64,000 nt of DNA from a candidate division WS6 bacterium OLB20 (lineage in GTDB: Bacteria > Patescibacteriota > Dojkabacteria > B142 > OLB20): assembly GCA_001567355.1 (NCBI GenBank), contig JYNZ01000002.1, positions 7,477-71,476 on the forward strand, read 5' to 3'. Below the pieces are notes generated by a model. That model was not told where the DNA came from and made no database searches. It saw only the letters and a list, made by a program, of their open reading frames with translations. Below, piece after piece: positions 39,409 through 50,069 of this stretch; positions within the stretch are counted from its first letter, which is position 1, and every line of letters begins with the position of its first letter. Both the position numbers and the translations under genes were made by a program.

Positions 39409-40816
39409 GGTACGTTTTAATATCAACGTACTCAAAGATATTCGGAAAGTACGCCTTGTCTATAAGAGACCGGGCACCCTTGCCGACGATCAGCAGTGTA
39501 TCCGTTGATTTGATCAGTTTGTTTTCCAGGGCATACGTGATGATACCGTTGACTGCGCTGTCACGGTCTTTATATCTGCGCGGAAACACATGGGCCTGAA
39601 CTCCCTTGGTAAGTGCAAGCTGGCGTTTGTAGACCGGTGTGCTTACAAAGGCGATGATCTCGTGATTGATATTGTGACGTGCGAGCAGTCGGGCTGTCAT
39701 GCCCTGTTCGCTCACGACAATGATTTTTGCGGGTGCCAGATGCGCTATGACTTCAAAGGCTGCATTCGCCATTGCAACTCCAATGCTGTGCTCATCGAGC
39801 TGGAATGAGTTCATGATCTCGGGAATAAGATACTGTTCGTTTTCCTGCGTGATTTTGATCATGGTCTCTACGGTTTCAACCGGGTATTTACCGGCTGTCG
39901 TCTCGCCTGATGTCATGACAGCGTCAGTGCCATCCAGCACAGCATTTGCAACATCGGTAATCTCTGCACGGGTGGGCAGGGGTTTGTCAATCATGGATTC
40001 AAGCATGTTGGTCGCTGTAATGACCGGCTTTGCAGCTTCGTTGCACTTGTAGATGAACTCCTTCTGCAGGATAGGCAGCCGTTCCAGCGGTACCTCCGCA
40101 CCAAGATCACCCCTGGCGATCATAATACCGTCAGACTCCGCGAGAATCTCGTCAAAATTTTCGATTCCCTGCTGATCTTCGATCTTGGCAATCAGCTTGA
40201 CTGGAGAGTCGCCGATGTGTCGCCTGATTGTCTTCATATCCTTTGCGTTGCGGATAAACGAACAGGCGATAAACTCCCAGCCATCCTGGACAGCAAATTT
40301 TATCTGTTCGATATCACGCTTGGTGACAGGAGGATTTGACAGCTGTGTACCTGGTACGTTCATACCTTTGCCGCCTTTAATCTGTGTTCCGTTAATTACT
40401 TTTGTGTAGATTTTCCCGCCCGAGACACGTTCGACCTCAAGCTTTGCCTCGCCTTTGTCAATGTAAATCATCCGTCCCTTCCTGATCTCTTTGTAGAGTT
40501 CGGGATAGGTAACCGGATAGATCAGATGCTCCGGTTTTGAACCGATGACAACCTTATCACCGGGCTTAATTTTGATAACTTCTTCAAATTTATTGAGTCT
40601 CAGTTCATGTCCCTTGATATCAAGCATCATTGCCACATCGTCAGATATGGAACGCACAAGGTCTGCGACACGCTTAAGCTCGGGGACATCAGCAAAGGCT
40701 CCGTTGATGCGGGCAACAGTCATGCCGCCGGCAATCATTTTTTTCAGCACTGACGGAGGCCAGCTGGATGGTCCGATTGTGCATACTAGCTTGGTATTAC
40801 GATACTGGGCAGACAT
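39392..40816 (-). CDS. pyk: pyruvate kinase
   Basis: KLVCTIGPSS, MLDIKGHELR, MIARGDLGAEVPLERLP, and the C-terminal allosteric domain. Confidence 0.9.
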   Translation of the reverse strand: MSAQYRNTKLVCTIGPSSWPPSVLKKMIAGGMTVARINGAFADVPELKRVADLVRSISDDVAMMLDIKGHELRLNKFEEVIKIKPGDKVVIGSKPEHLIYPVTYPELYKEIRKGRMIYIDKGEAKLEVERVSGGKIYTKVINGTQIKGGKGMNVPGTQLSNPPVTKRDIEQIKFAVQDGWEFIACSFIRNAKDMKTIRRHIGDSPVKLIAKIEDQQGIENFDEILAESDGIMIARGDLGAEVPLERLPILQKEFIYKCNEAAKPVITATNMLESMIDKPLPTRAEITDVANAVLDGTDAVMTSGETTAGKYPVETVETMIKITQENEQYLIPEIMNSFQLDEHSIGVAMANAAFEVIAHLAPAKIIVVSEQGMTARLLARHNINHEIIAFVSTPVYKRQLALTKGVQAHVFPRRYKDRDSAVNGIITYALENKLIKSTDTLLIVGKGARSLIDKAYFPNIFEYVDIKTYLTSQR

Positions 40817-40822
40817 GAGCAG

Positions 40823-41350
40823 TTATTTCAGAAGTAAGGTATAGATTGCGATTGCTGCAGAGATTGTTACGTTCAGGGATGCACCCTTGCCGAACATGGG
40901 GATGTAGATTGACTCATCAGAACGTTCGAGTGTTTTTTTACTGACTCCCTGTGCTTCATTGCCCACTACAAGCGCGACTTTGCTGAGTCCCGGGAGACGG
41001 GTCTCTGCAAATTGGTCGGCACTCATGCCCTCATCAGTGATCTCAAGTGCCACGATTGTGAATCCTTTGTTCCTTAGTGTCTGCAGGACCTTACCAGTGG
41101 TTTTTCCGGCTGTCCAGGGTACACTCTGCTCCTTGCTGCGTGAGACTTTGCGAAGTTCTTTACCGAATGGTGGAGCAGGGGTAATACCGGTCAGGTAAAG
41201 CTGTCTGATTCCAGCAGCATCAGCCGTACGGAACATACTGGCGACATTGCGCGCATATTGTATGTTTTCGAGCACGAGAACAATCTCGGCCTCAGGCCGG
41301 TCCAGTTTTCTCTTGAACCGTTTTAGTTCTGCTCCGCGTAGTTGCTTCAT
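40823..41350 (-). CDS. SpoU-family RNA 2'-O-methyltransferase (TrmH/TrmL-like)
   Basis: SPOUT motifs: LVVGNEAQGVS and GASLNVTISAAIAIY. Confidence 0.7.
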   Translation of the reverse strand: MKQLRGAELKRFKRKLDRPEAEIVLVLENIQYARNVASMFRTADAAGIRQLYLTGITPAPPFGKELRKVSRSKEQSVPWTAGKTTGKVLQTLRNKGFTIVALEITDEGMSADQFAETRLPGLSKVALVVGNEAQGVSKKTLERSDESIYIPMFGKGASLNVTISAAIAIYTLLLK

Positions 41351-41458
41351 GATTTACACACGTATAGTAGCATAAACAGGCAAGGATTAAACCCGGTCGC
41401 CTCTATTGAAACGGATCACGTTTTTACATACAGTGTAGTAACTTGTAACTGTCCAGTA

Positions 41459-43000
41459 ATGTTTACGCGTCCGAAACCTGTACTCATGCTGTTCATGGAC
41501 GGGGTAGGCGTGGCGCCGCCCAGTCCGGGGAACGCAGTCAGTCTAGCCAAAACACCGAATCTTGATTATCTGTGGCCGACATTTCCGCATACGTATCTGC
41601 ATGCAGCGGGTCTTAATGTAGGGCTCCCTCATGGTGTTGACGGCAACAGCGAAGTCGGACATATGAACCTCGGAGCGGGTAAGGTGATCTTCCAGGAACT
41701 GCCCCGTATCGATAACGCCATCAGTTCGGAAACATTCTTTAAGAACCAGGTACTGATTGATGCGTTCAACCGATCACATGACCACAATGTCCATATTATG
41801 GGACTGGTCGGAACCGGACAGGTGCATTCCAGCTTCGGGCATCTGATTGCACTCCTTGAAATGGCACAGCGCGTGCAGGCTAACGGTGATAACGTGTATG
41901 TTCATATCTTCACTGACGGCCGTGACTCCAAGCCGCAGGGTGTTAAAAAGCTGCTGGAGCGACTTGAGGTCGAGATGAAGCGCACCGGAACAGGCCAGAT
42001 AGCAAGTCTTATCGGCCGCTACTATGCCATGGACCGTGATGAGCGCTGGGAGCGCACACGCAAGGCTTACGAGCTCATAGCCGAAGGCAAGGGGACAATG
42101 GTTAAAAACTGGAAGGAGGCGCTTGATAATTCGTACAAGCAGGAGAAATTTGATGAATATGTGGAGCCGTATGTGATTGCCCGCGGAGGTGAACCGATGG
42201 CAACAGTTAAACCCGGCGATGCTGTAATATTCTACAACTACCGCCCTGACCGTGCAGTACAGATAACACGTGCATTTGAAGATGCCAATTTTCCCGGCTG
42301 GGAACGGCTCCCGGTCAAGGATTTATTCTTCGTCGGTCTGTCAAACTATGAAAAAGGCTTTCCGAAAAATCAGGCATTCCCTCCGGAACGCATCACCAGC
42401 CATTGGGTAAAGTGCTGTCAGACAACCGGCTTCATCAGTTACGCATCTCTGAGTCTGAAAAAGTTTCCGCATGTGACCTATTTTCTGAACGGTGGAAACC
42501 AGATCCAGTATCCCGGTGAAGACCGGATAGAGGTGCCGTCACCCAGAGATGTTGCCACATATGATCAGAAGCCCGAGATGAGTACTTATATTGTGACCGA
42601 GCTGATCATCAATAAGATCAAGACCGGCAAATACGATCTGATTATGACCAACTTTGCCAATCCTGACATGGTCGGACATACCGGCGTACTGGATGGAACG
42701 ATCAAGGCCATGGAAGTAGTGGATGAATGTATAGGCAAACTTATGAACGTCATTCTGCCGATGGGAGGAGCAATTGTGATCACTGCCGACCATGGTAACG
42801 CAGAGGAACTGATTGATCTTCAGTCCGGCAATGTCGATACTAAGCACTCCACCAATCCGGTGCCGCTGATTGTTGCCAAGCAGGGGCTGGACGGTCGCGA
42901 ACTCAGTTTCGGAATACTAGCGGATGTCGCTCCAACTGTGCTGGGATTACTTGGTATCCAAAAACCCCCCGAGATGACCGGCAGAAACCTCCTCGTCTGA
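41459..43000 (+). CDS. gpmI: 2,3-bisphosphoglycerate-independent phosphoglycerate mutase (iPGM)
   Basis: PVLMLFMDGVGVAP...NSEVGHMNLGAG...ADHGNAE. The ATG at 41459 is chosen over the upstream GTG because of the divergent overlap with the SpoU gene. Confidence 0.85.
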   Translation: MFTRPKPVLMLFMDGVGVAPPSPGNAVSLAKTPNLDYLWPTFPHTYLHAAGLNVGLPHGVDGNSEVGHMNLGAGKVIFQELPRIDNAISSETFFKNQVLIDAFNRSHDHNVHIMGLVGTGQVHSSFGHLIALLEMAQRVQANGDNVYVHIFTDGRDSKPQGVKKLLERLEVEMKRTGTGQIASLIGRYYAMDRDERWERTRKAYELIAEGKGTMVKNWKEALDNSYKQEKFDEYVEPYVIARGGEPMATVKPGDAVIFYNYRPDRAVQITRAFEDANFPGWERLPVKDLFFVGLSNYEKGFPKNQAFPPERITSHWVKCCQTTGFISYASLSLKKFPHVTYFLNGGNQIQYPGEDRIEVPSPRDVATYDQKPEMSTYIVTELIINKIKTGKYDLIMTNFANPDMVGHTGVLDGTIKAMEVVDECIGKLMNVILPMGGAIVITADHGNAEELIDLQSGNVDTKHSTNPVPLIVAKQGLDGRELSFGILADVAPTVLGLLGIQKPPEMTGRNLLV

Positions 43001-43068
43001 TATACATCTTGTATTATAGGGTATCCTCGTGGTATACTATTCGAGTTATATCTTGAATATATACCAGA

Positions 43069-44631
43069 ATGAGTCCCGAGCATCTATCACAATTTCCTGA
43101 GCGATTAATGCTTGCTGATGCTGATCTTGATATTCTTGCAGCAGAACGTGCGCGTGAAATCTATCGTGCGTCAGCAGATCATGTAACCCACCGTGTGATG
43201 GAGAATTTTCAGCATGACTTCAGAACTCCACTTACCATTGTGAACTCTTCTGCGTATCTGCTTTCCAGAAGCATTCAGATGGCGGAGAGAGATAACGGTC
43301 TTGTCATCAACCCCGAGCAGATGGTTGCTAATACAGAAGCAGCGGAAAGAATAGAGGCTGGAGTCTCGAGACTTAACAGCTTCTCTTTGCTGTATACAGA
43401 GACACATCCCCTGTTCAATGTCGACGCAGAAAACGAAGTAATCACACGAGCCATGAATGATCCGCAGACGCGTTCAATACTGGTCTCCGAAGTGTTTTCT
43501 GATCTGCAGCGGGGATTTGCAGTTATTGACACTGATGGCGGACTTGCAGCAGACAGAACATTTATGACTTTAGCTGGTAAGTCGGACGTGCAGACAGCAT
43601 ATGAACAGGCGGTAGGTGACTTTCAGCATACTGCACTTGACCGCCAGCGTATGGTTCTGCGTTCGGAAAACGGTGAGTCGACCGGTTATCTGCTCACTCT
43701 GACCAAAACAGAGGACGGTAAGATGATTGCAATGCTTCTTCCTGAGTCTGCTGAACGTGCAGGTGAGGGCGGACCTGTTCAAAACCACATGTCTGAGTAT
43801 GTCGCTGCTTCAATAGCAACTGCGGTCTTTACCGAAGATTTATATACTTTTCAGTTTGAACTGTCTGTAAATGACACAGCGGCGATGAGGACGCAGAGAT
43901 CAGGAATTCTGCCAGCTGACAGCAATTACCCTGAAGCCGTTGCAGCAGAGAAACAACGGCTCGTGAAGCTGTTTAATGACGAAAAAGCAGACAGATTGCA
44001 CAGTCTTCGCGAGGTCGCACAGCTTATTAGCGCTATGGAAAAAGATTTTTTCGGTATGGCGACATACGATGTTCAAAGAGCAAAAGAAAAAGTACAGACA
44101 GCAACGATGAAACTTGGTGTGCTGAGAAATACAATTAACAAGTACCTGCGGTTTGCGGATGCATACTGGAACAGGACTGCTGAAGCAGGATCAGTTGCGC
44201 TGCGCGATCTGGTCGAGGAGATGTCTGCTGGATGCACAGGTGTCAGTGATGAATTTAAGGTGCATGCATCAGCAGATGAAGGTGTTGAGATCAGTGCTTC
44301 GAAGGATGATATCGTGGCGATGGTGACAGAGCTGGCAGAAAATGCTCAGCAGGTCCTTGACGGTGCTGCACCAAATCATGAACTTGCATTAACAGTAGAT
44401 CATGATGAGGAATACGTGTACATTACGGTATCTGACAACGGGATGTCGCTCAGCACGGATCAGCTATCACACATTCTGTTTGCAACGTATGATGTCGATC
44501 AGGCTGGAGGATCTCTGCGCCCGGGTCTTGGACTGAATATCGTTCGCGCACTTGCCAGGCGGAACGGTATCAGACTGGATGTCTCAGCAGATGAGTCATA
44601 CAAGTACTTCACACTGATACTTGCCCGCTAG
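43069..44631 (+). CDS. atypical soluble histidine kinase-like protein (N-terminal HisKA H-box, ~330-aa insert, C-terminal HATPase_c)
   Basis: H-box FQHDFRTPLTIVNSSAYLL at residues ~47-65, and a C-terminal GHKL region (ITVSDNGMSLS...GLGLNIVRALARRNG). No TM segments. Confidence 0.55.
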   Translation: MSPEHLSQFPERLMLADADLDILAAERAREIYRASADHVTHRVMENFQHDFRTPLTIVNSSAYLLSRSIQMAERDNGLVINPEQMVANTEAAERIEAGVSRLNSFSLLYTETHPLFNVDAENEVITRAMNDPQTRSILVSEVFSDLQRGFAVIDTDGGLAADRTFMTLAGKSDVQTAYEQAVGDFQHTALDRQRMVLRSENGESTGYLLTLTKTEDGKMIAMLLPESAERAGEGGPVQNHMSEYVAASIATAVFTEDLYTFQFELSVNDTAAMRTQRSGILPADSNYPEAVAAEKQRLVKLFNDEKADRLHSLREVAQLISAMEKDFFGMATYDVQRAKEKVQTATMKLGVLRNTINKYLRFADAYWNRTAEAGSVALRDLVEEMSAGCTGVSDEFKVHASADEGVEISASKDDIVAMVTELAENAQQVLDGAAPNHELALTVDHDEEYVYITVSDNGMSLSTDQLSHILFATYDVDQAGGSLRPGLGLNIVRALARRNGIRLDVSADESYKYFTLILAR

Positions 44632-44664
44632 TACTTGCTTTGACTGCTTCATCTGACGTAAGCT

Positions 44665-45240
44665 GTGAGTATGAAGCAGCTCACGTCGTTTTTCAACTAC
44701 TCCACGGATATGGTTCTGGCTACCTTTCTGCTGCTTCTGATTATGTTCTCTTTTATTGTTGTGGCTTCTCTGACACCGATTACGTACCCTGAGACCGTCT
44801 CTGATCTGAGTGTTCTTGGCGCAGCCACAGATTCGCAGGTCCGCTATACCGGAACAGATGACAGCAGCTATGAGCTGCAGGAGATACGCCAGTCTGACAG
44901 CACTACATCCGTTCAGTTTACACTTACACCTGCATCGGAGACGTATGTTCAGGAGCTGTTTGTTCTTGAGGCACCGCAGGACGGAACAGGATTGTTCAGA
45001 GTCGAGATTGAGCTACCGGATCAGGCCAGGTATGGTGCCCGTTATGCGATCAGAGTTGCAGGGCAGGAGTATGAACTATACAACGACACAGGTGATGCAC
45101 TGCAGAGAGACTATGAGCTGAATGTCGCTGCGGGTGAAACAGTTCCCGTCAGCTTTATGTTCTCATCTGAAGAATTAATAAACTATCCGCTTGATCTGCT
45201 GCTTTCGGTTGAGTTCACAGGACTCAGTACGCTTCCCTAA
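44665..45240 (+). CDS. hypothetical membrane-anchored exported protein
   Basis: The N-terminal helix LATFLLLLIMFSFIVVASL is the only feature. Confidence 0.4.
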   Translation: MSMKQLTSFFNYSTDMVLATFLLLLIMFSFIVVASLTPITYPETVSDLSVLGAATDSQVRYTGTDDSSYELQEIRQSDSTTSVQFTLTPASETYVQELFVLEAPQDGTGLFRVEIELPDQARYGARYAIRVAGQEYELYNDTGDALQRDYELNVAAGETVPVSFMFSSEELINYPLDLLLSVEFTGLSTLP

Positions 45241-47133
45241 TCGTTTTTCAGTGCCTTGATAAACACATCTTTCGGAAGCTCCACACGCCCGAACATCTTC
45301 ATCCGCTTTTTACCTTTCTTCTGTTTGTTGAGCAGCTTCATTTTTCGCGTGATATCTCCGCCGTAGAGTTTGGCAGTGACATCCTTGCGATAGGCAGGTA
45401 TTGTCTCGCGAGCGATGACTCTTGACCCGATGCTTGCCTGGATGGGGATCTTAAACTGCTGTCTCGGTATGAGTTCCTTCAGTTTGGATACGGTGTCGCG
45501 GGCGCGAAACTCGGCCTTGTCCCGGTGAGCAAGAAACGAAAGTGCCTCAACCGGTTCGTAGTTGACCAGAATGGAAACCTTTTCGATCTTTGAAACCCGG
45601 TACTCAAGGAATGTATAGTCCATTGAGGCATAACCCTGGGACAGCGATTTAAGCTTGTCAAAGAAGTCGATGATGATTTCTGCTGTCGGGAGTTCGTATT
45701 TGAGCATTACATGTTTTTGGCCGGCGATATGCTGGCTGCCGAGATAGTTCATGGTTTTGTAGATCCCGCGGCGCTCCTGTGTAAGGTCCATAATGCTGCC
45801 GATATACTGTTCGGGAGAGAGAATCTCCAGTTCAACCCACGGTTCTTCAATTTCATCAATCAGTGTCGGATCGGGAAACTCGGCCGCGTTTTTTTATATG
45901 CAGCTTTTTTTCCGAGTCGATATTGGCGATATTTATTGTTTCAAACTTGCTGTAATCATGTGTGGCAAGTTTCAGTTTGTATTCAACACTCGGGGAGGTT
46001 GTTATCAGGTCTATATCAAACTCACGCTCCAGCCGTTCCTGTGTAATCTCCATGTGCAGCAGCCCGAGGAATCCGCAGTTAAAACCTGATCCCAGAGCCT
46101 GGGAGTTTTCCTTCTGAAAGGTGATTGCAGGGTCATTCAGCGCAAGTTTCTCGAGTGCTTCCTGAAACTGTGGAAAATCATCGGCATCAATCGGATAAAG
46201 TGAGGCATACACCATCGGTTTAGGCGGCATATATCCCGGGAGTGGCTCGGTTTTTTGTGCCATGCCTGCCAGAGCTACAGTGTCTCCAGCATGTACATTG
46301 CGAATATCTTTGAGTCCTGTAGCGATATATCCGATAGCACCGGTCAGCAGCTCATTCTGCGGGACAAGATGTGGCAATACAAAACCGATCTCCACCGGTT
46401 CTATCTCTGTATCGGTTCCAAGCATGACGATGGTATCCTTCTGGCTGAAACTGCCGTCAACAACTTTGACAAGCGCCACAACTCCTTTATGCTCGTGGTA
46501 AAACGAGTCGTAGACAAGCGCTCTGGGTACTTCGTTGTTGCCGGTTTTAGGAGCCGGTACACGTTCGATAATGGCATTGAGAAGATCAGTAACACCTGCA
46601 CCGGTTTTGCCGGATGTCAGAACGATCTCATCCTCATCAAAGCCGAATGTCTCACTGAGGCTCCTGATGACCATGGGCACATTGGCACTGGGCAGGTCAA
46701 TTTTGTTGATTACCGGGATGATGTCCAGGTTGTACTCAAATGCCTTATAGACCGTGGTAAGTGTCTGCGCTTGAATACCTTGTGTTGCATCTACAAGCAG
46801 GACAGCTCCTTCAGCTGCTGCCAGTGAACGCGATACCTCATACGAAAAATCGACATGGCCGGGTGTGTCAACAAGATTGATAATGTACGGATCATCTGAT
46901 ACAAACCGCTCATCGCTGCCGCTGTAGGTAAACTGCATCCGCGCAGTCTGCATTTTGATTGTAATGCCGCGTTCCTGCTCCAACTCAAGCGTATCAAGCA
47001 TTCTGTCTTTTGACTCGCGTTCTGTGACATTGCCGGTGATCTCCATCATGCGGTCAGCAAGTGTTGACTTGCCGTGGTCAATATGGGCTATGATCGCGAA
47101 GTTTCTGATTTTCTGTATTCGTTCGGACTGCAT
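45237..47133 (-). CDS. lepA: elongation factor 4 (LepA); frameshifted at a T7/A7 run (45889-45895)
   Basis: ORF 45856..47133 covers the GTPase through domain IV (AHIDHGKST, DTPGH, NKID). ORF 45237..45791 is the LepA C-terminal domain. The connecting segment (FPDPTLIDEIEEPWVELEILSPEQYIGSIMDLTQERRG) reads in a third frame. Deleting one A from the A7 run joins the frames. Confidence 0.8.
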
Positions 47134-47218
47134 GACTTGGATTATACTGTATCACGACACGGCATCCAACTGGCATCTGTTCAACTCCTGAAACGCTGAT
47201 GGTATAGTAGACTATTCA

Positions 47219-48004
47219 ATGAAGAACATACTTACGATACCGGTTACACTTGCAGCAGGGTTGCTGACAGCGGTTGTTGTTTCGCTGCTGCTCTTCGGGA
47301 CGGCAAAAACTACAACCACTGTAATGTATATGTTTAACAGTATTTTCCCCGGAGCTGCACCAGAGCGGACATACAGCGCAGCACGACCGGAAGCTGAAAT
47401 AGGTCAGGCATCGGTTCTGGGTGACAGTGACAGCAGCTTTGCTGACTTCAAGATTCCTCAGGTCCGTGAGGTTGCATTTCATAAAAAGCCTTCACCGCTG
47501 ATAGTACCGACTGACGGGATAGCAGCGCACAAAAACTTTCTCTATGATCCTGTCAGCCATGGTGGTGTTGATATCTGGACAAATGTTAATGGTAAAGGAC
47601 TTGAGGCGGGATCAAGCAGAGGGTATCTTGTATATGCGGCATGCACAGGGACTGTGATCCGGGTCTATCAGCCGAATGAAGAGATTGAGATCAAATGTGA
47701 CCGGCTGCCGGAGGAGTTTGCATCAGAAGTGCCGTCGCTTGATATTAAGATCCTGTATGCGCACATGGGAGACGCAGTTACGAAAGAACGCTACCACAGT
47801 CTCTATGTCGGTCAGCGGGTGTCCAAAGGTCAGCAGGTCGGCTGGCAGGGCAATGTCAGTTCAATTGCTCCGGTAAACAGGGTGACGCATCTGCATTTTG
47901 GAATTTATGACCTGAGCAGATCCGGCAGACCGACAGTTAATCCGGAAAGCTATATTGGAGTTCCGGCAACAGTCGTGGGACAGATATTTAAAACACAACA
48001 ATAA
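47219..48004 (+). CDS. M23-family (LytM-type) metallopeptidase, membrane-anchored
   Basis: HGGVDI, ILYAHMGD, and the GNVSSIAPVNRVTHLHFGIYD His motif. Confidence 0.7.
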   Translation: MKNILTIPVTLAAGLLTAVVVSLLLFGTAKTTTTVMYMFNSIFPGAAPERTYSAARPEAEIGQASVLGDSDSSFADFKIPQVREVAFHKKPSPLIVPTDGIAAHKNFLYDPVSHGGVDIWTNVNGKGLEAGSSRGYLVYAACTGTVIRVYQPNEEIEIKCDRLPEEFASEVPSLDIKILYAHMGDAVTKERYHSLYVGQRVSKGQQVGWQGNVSSIAPVNRVTHLHFGIYDLSRSGRPTVNPESYIGVPATVVGQIFKTQQ

Positions 48005-49371
48005 TGAAAAAAACATTTCTGGCTGCGCTACTATGCATCGTTCTTGTTTCCGCTTGCACCGGAGCGCCGGCAGAGAGTCAGTATCTGGTGGAGGGCAGGG
48101 AGGCATTTACCAATCAGGAGTATTCGCTCGCCCTGCAACAGTTCAAACTTGCGATTGAAGAACATCCCGATAGCGTCGAAGCGTACTCTCTTGCAGCGGA
48201 TATACTTCTGCGCAAACATGATTATGAGGGTACGATCCAGCTTCTGCAGGAGGGACTGCAGCGGACAGGGAATGATGTGACACTCAGGCTGCTGATAGCC
48301 GAGGCATTCAGAAACAAGGGTGAGTATGAAAGTGCACTTGAGCACTACCGTGCCGCATGGGAGGCTGACAAAAGCAGTGTCCGCGCCTGGGAGGGACTTG
48401 TCAGATCACTTGCCGCCACAGGCAGAACTGATGAGTTAAAGGAAGTAGTACGAACACTTCCGGACAATGCTCCTGCGCACATCATGGTACAGGTTTACGT
48501 GCTGCGCGGTGAAGAAAATGCTGCTGCTGCACTAGATGCAGTGGATGCAGGTGAATATGAGAACCTGGTTACACTGATGAAGGAGAGCGTGCAGGGACTG
48601 GATGGTGAACAGAGCAACCTTGCAAAGACACGTCTGGCATATGTCATGCTGCAGACAGGGTATCACGAGCTTGTGATTCCACTGATGGAAGAAGTGATAG
48701 CTGATAATGCGTTTTACGAGACGCCATACCTGTACAGAGGAATTGCACTGCTTGAAAGAAATAATCTGACCGGAGCTGAGGCTGACTTCCGCAAAGTGCT
48801 TGAGCTTGAACCGTCAACCCGGGATGCGCGGCTGCTCTTGATAAGGTCACTGTTCGAGCAGGGTGTTACAGAAGAACCGATGGGTATTGCTGCTGGCATG
48901 CCTGTTGAACAGTTTACTCCTGAGCAGCGGGAGTTTCTGCTGGATCTGCTGATCCGCTACGAGGCCTACGAAACAGCACAGGGAATCCTGGATAAACTGA
49001 CTGCCGCCTCTGTCGAATTTGACAACGAAATGCGACTGGCGGCTCTCCGAATTTCGATTGAGGCCGGAAAGTTTGATGCGGCAGACCAGTACGCTGCTGC
49101 TCTGCTGGATACTGAGGAATCGGATGCCCGCTATCTTGCCTGGGCAGGATATGCAAAGTTCAAAGGCGGAGATAAAAATGCTGCCGTAGAACAGTTTACG
49201 CTTGCCAAAGCAGCAGACAGGACCAACCCCTGGATCTATCTGTTTGAAGGAGAGCTCGCCATTTCTAATGAGGATTACGGTGCCGCTCAGGAGCTTCTTG
49301 ACCGCGCCATTGACCTTGATCTTGGCGGCGAGGTAACTGAAAGGGCCAAACAGTTACGTTCACAACTGTAA
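48004..49371 (+). CDS. TPR-repeat lipoprotein
   Basis: Lipobox LVSAC after a signal peptide, followed by multiple 34-aa TPR-like repeats. Confidence 0.65.
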   Translation: MKKTFLAALLCIVLVSACTGAPAESQYLVEGREAFTNQEYSLALQQFKLAIEEHPDSVEAYSLAADILLRKHDYEGTIQLLQEGLQRTGNDVTLRLLIAEAFRNKGEYESALEHYRAAWEADKSSVRAWEGLVRSLAATGRTDELKEVVRTLPDNAPAHIMVQVYVLRGEENAAAALDAVDAGEYENLVTLMKESVQGLDGEQSNLAKTRLAYVMLQTGYHELVIPLMEEVIADNAFYETPYLYRGIALLERNNLTGAEADFRKVLELEPSTRDARLLLIRSLFEQGVTEEPMGIAAGMPVEQFTPEQREFLLDLLIRYEAYETAQGILDKLTAASVEFDNEMRLAALRISIEAGKFDAADQYAAALLDTEESDARYLAWAGYAKFKGGDKNAAVEQFTLAKAADRTNPWIYLFEGELAISNEDYGAAQELLDRAIDLDLGGEVTERAKQLRSQL

Positions 49372-50069
49372 TGAAACTTTATGTTCTTGCACACAGTTTT
49401 ATGCGTCGCTATTTCAGCGGACTGCTGTGGTACTGTGTTGTGCCAGGGGCTGTATTTCTGCTGACGCTGCCGTTTGTTGTCCCTGCTATTTATTATCTTG
49501 AAAAACAGGCAACGGTGCGTGCGGACCATCAGACGTATGAGGCGCAGCAGTTTACGTTTGGCCGTGCCACACAAATCCCCCAGGAGGTACAGAAGAACAG
49601 ACTGACGGCTGTTGGTGGCGGGAACATAGCTGATACTGATTACCGGGCTATTGTGCTTGATGAGTTCTTCCGCCGCAACGACTCACCACTATACGGATAC
49701 GGCAAGGTTTTTGTTGAGAAGTGTGATCAGTATGGAGCTCCGTTTGACTGCACAACACTGCCTGCAATCGCATGGGTCGAGACACGTCTGTGCGGTTACA
49801 GTTTCTCACATGATCAAAGAAACTGCTGGGGGTTTGGCGGATCAGGACCCAACCGGATCTGGTTTGATGATTATGAAGATGCAATTGACCTGATAACCGA
49901 CCGGCTCGTAAACGCGTATGGCCCTCAGTACATGACAAATCCGGAGAGTATGCAGCATGTATATTGCGGTCCGCACTGCAACTCCTGGGGACCGGGTGTG
50001 CAGTCAATGCGGTATACAATCAGTAATCTTGCTGTCGAGATGGGATATCCGCCTCTTATTCGTGACTAG
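49371..50069 (+). CDS. hypothetical membrane-anchored protein
   Basis: TAATG coupling with the upstream gene, and one N-terminal TM helix. Confidence 0.4.
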   Translation: MKLYVLAHSFMRRYFSGLLWYCVVPGAVFLLTLPFVVPAIYYLEKQATVRADHQTYEAQQFTFGRATQIPQEVQKNRLTAVGGGNIADTDYRAIVLDEFFRRNDSPLYGYGKVFVEKCDQYGAPFDCTTLPAIAWVETRLCGYSFSHDQRNCWGFGGSGPNRIWFDDYEDAIDLITDRLVNAYGPQYMTNPESMQHVYCGPHCNSWGPGVQSMRYTISNLAVEMGYPPLIRD

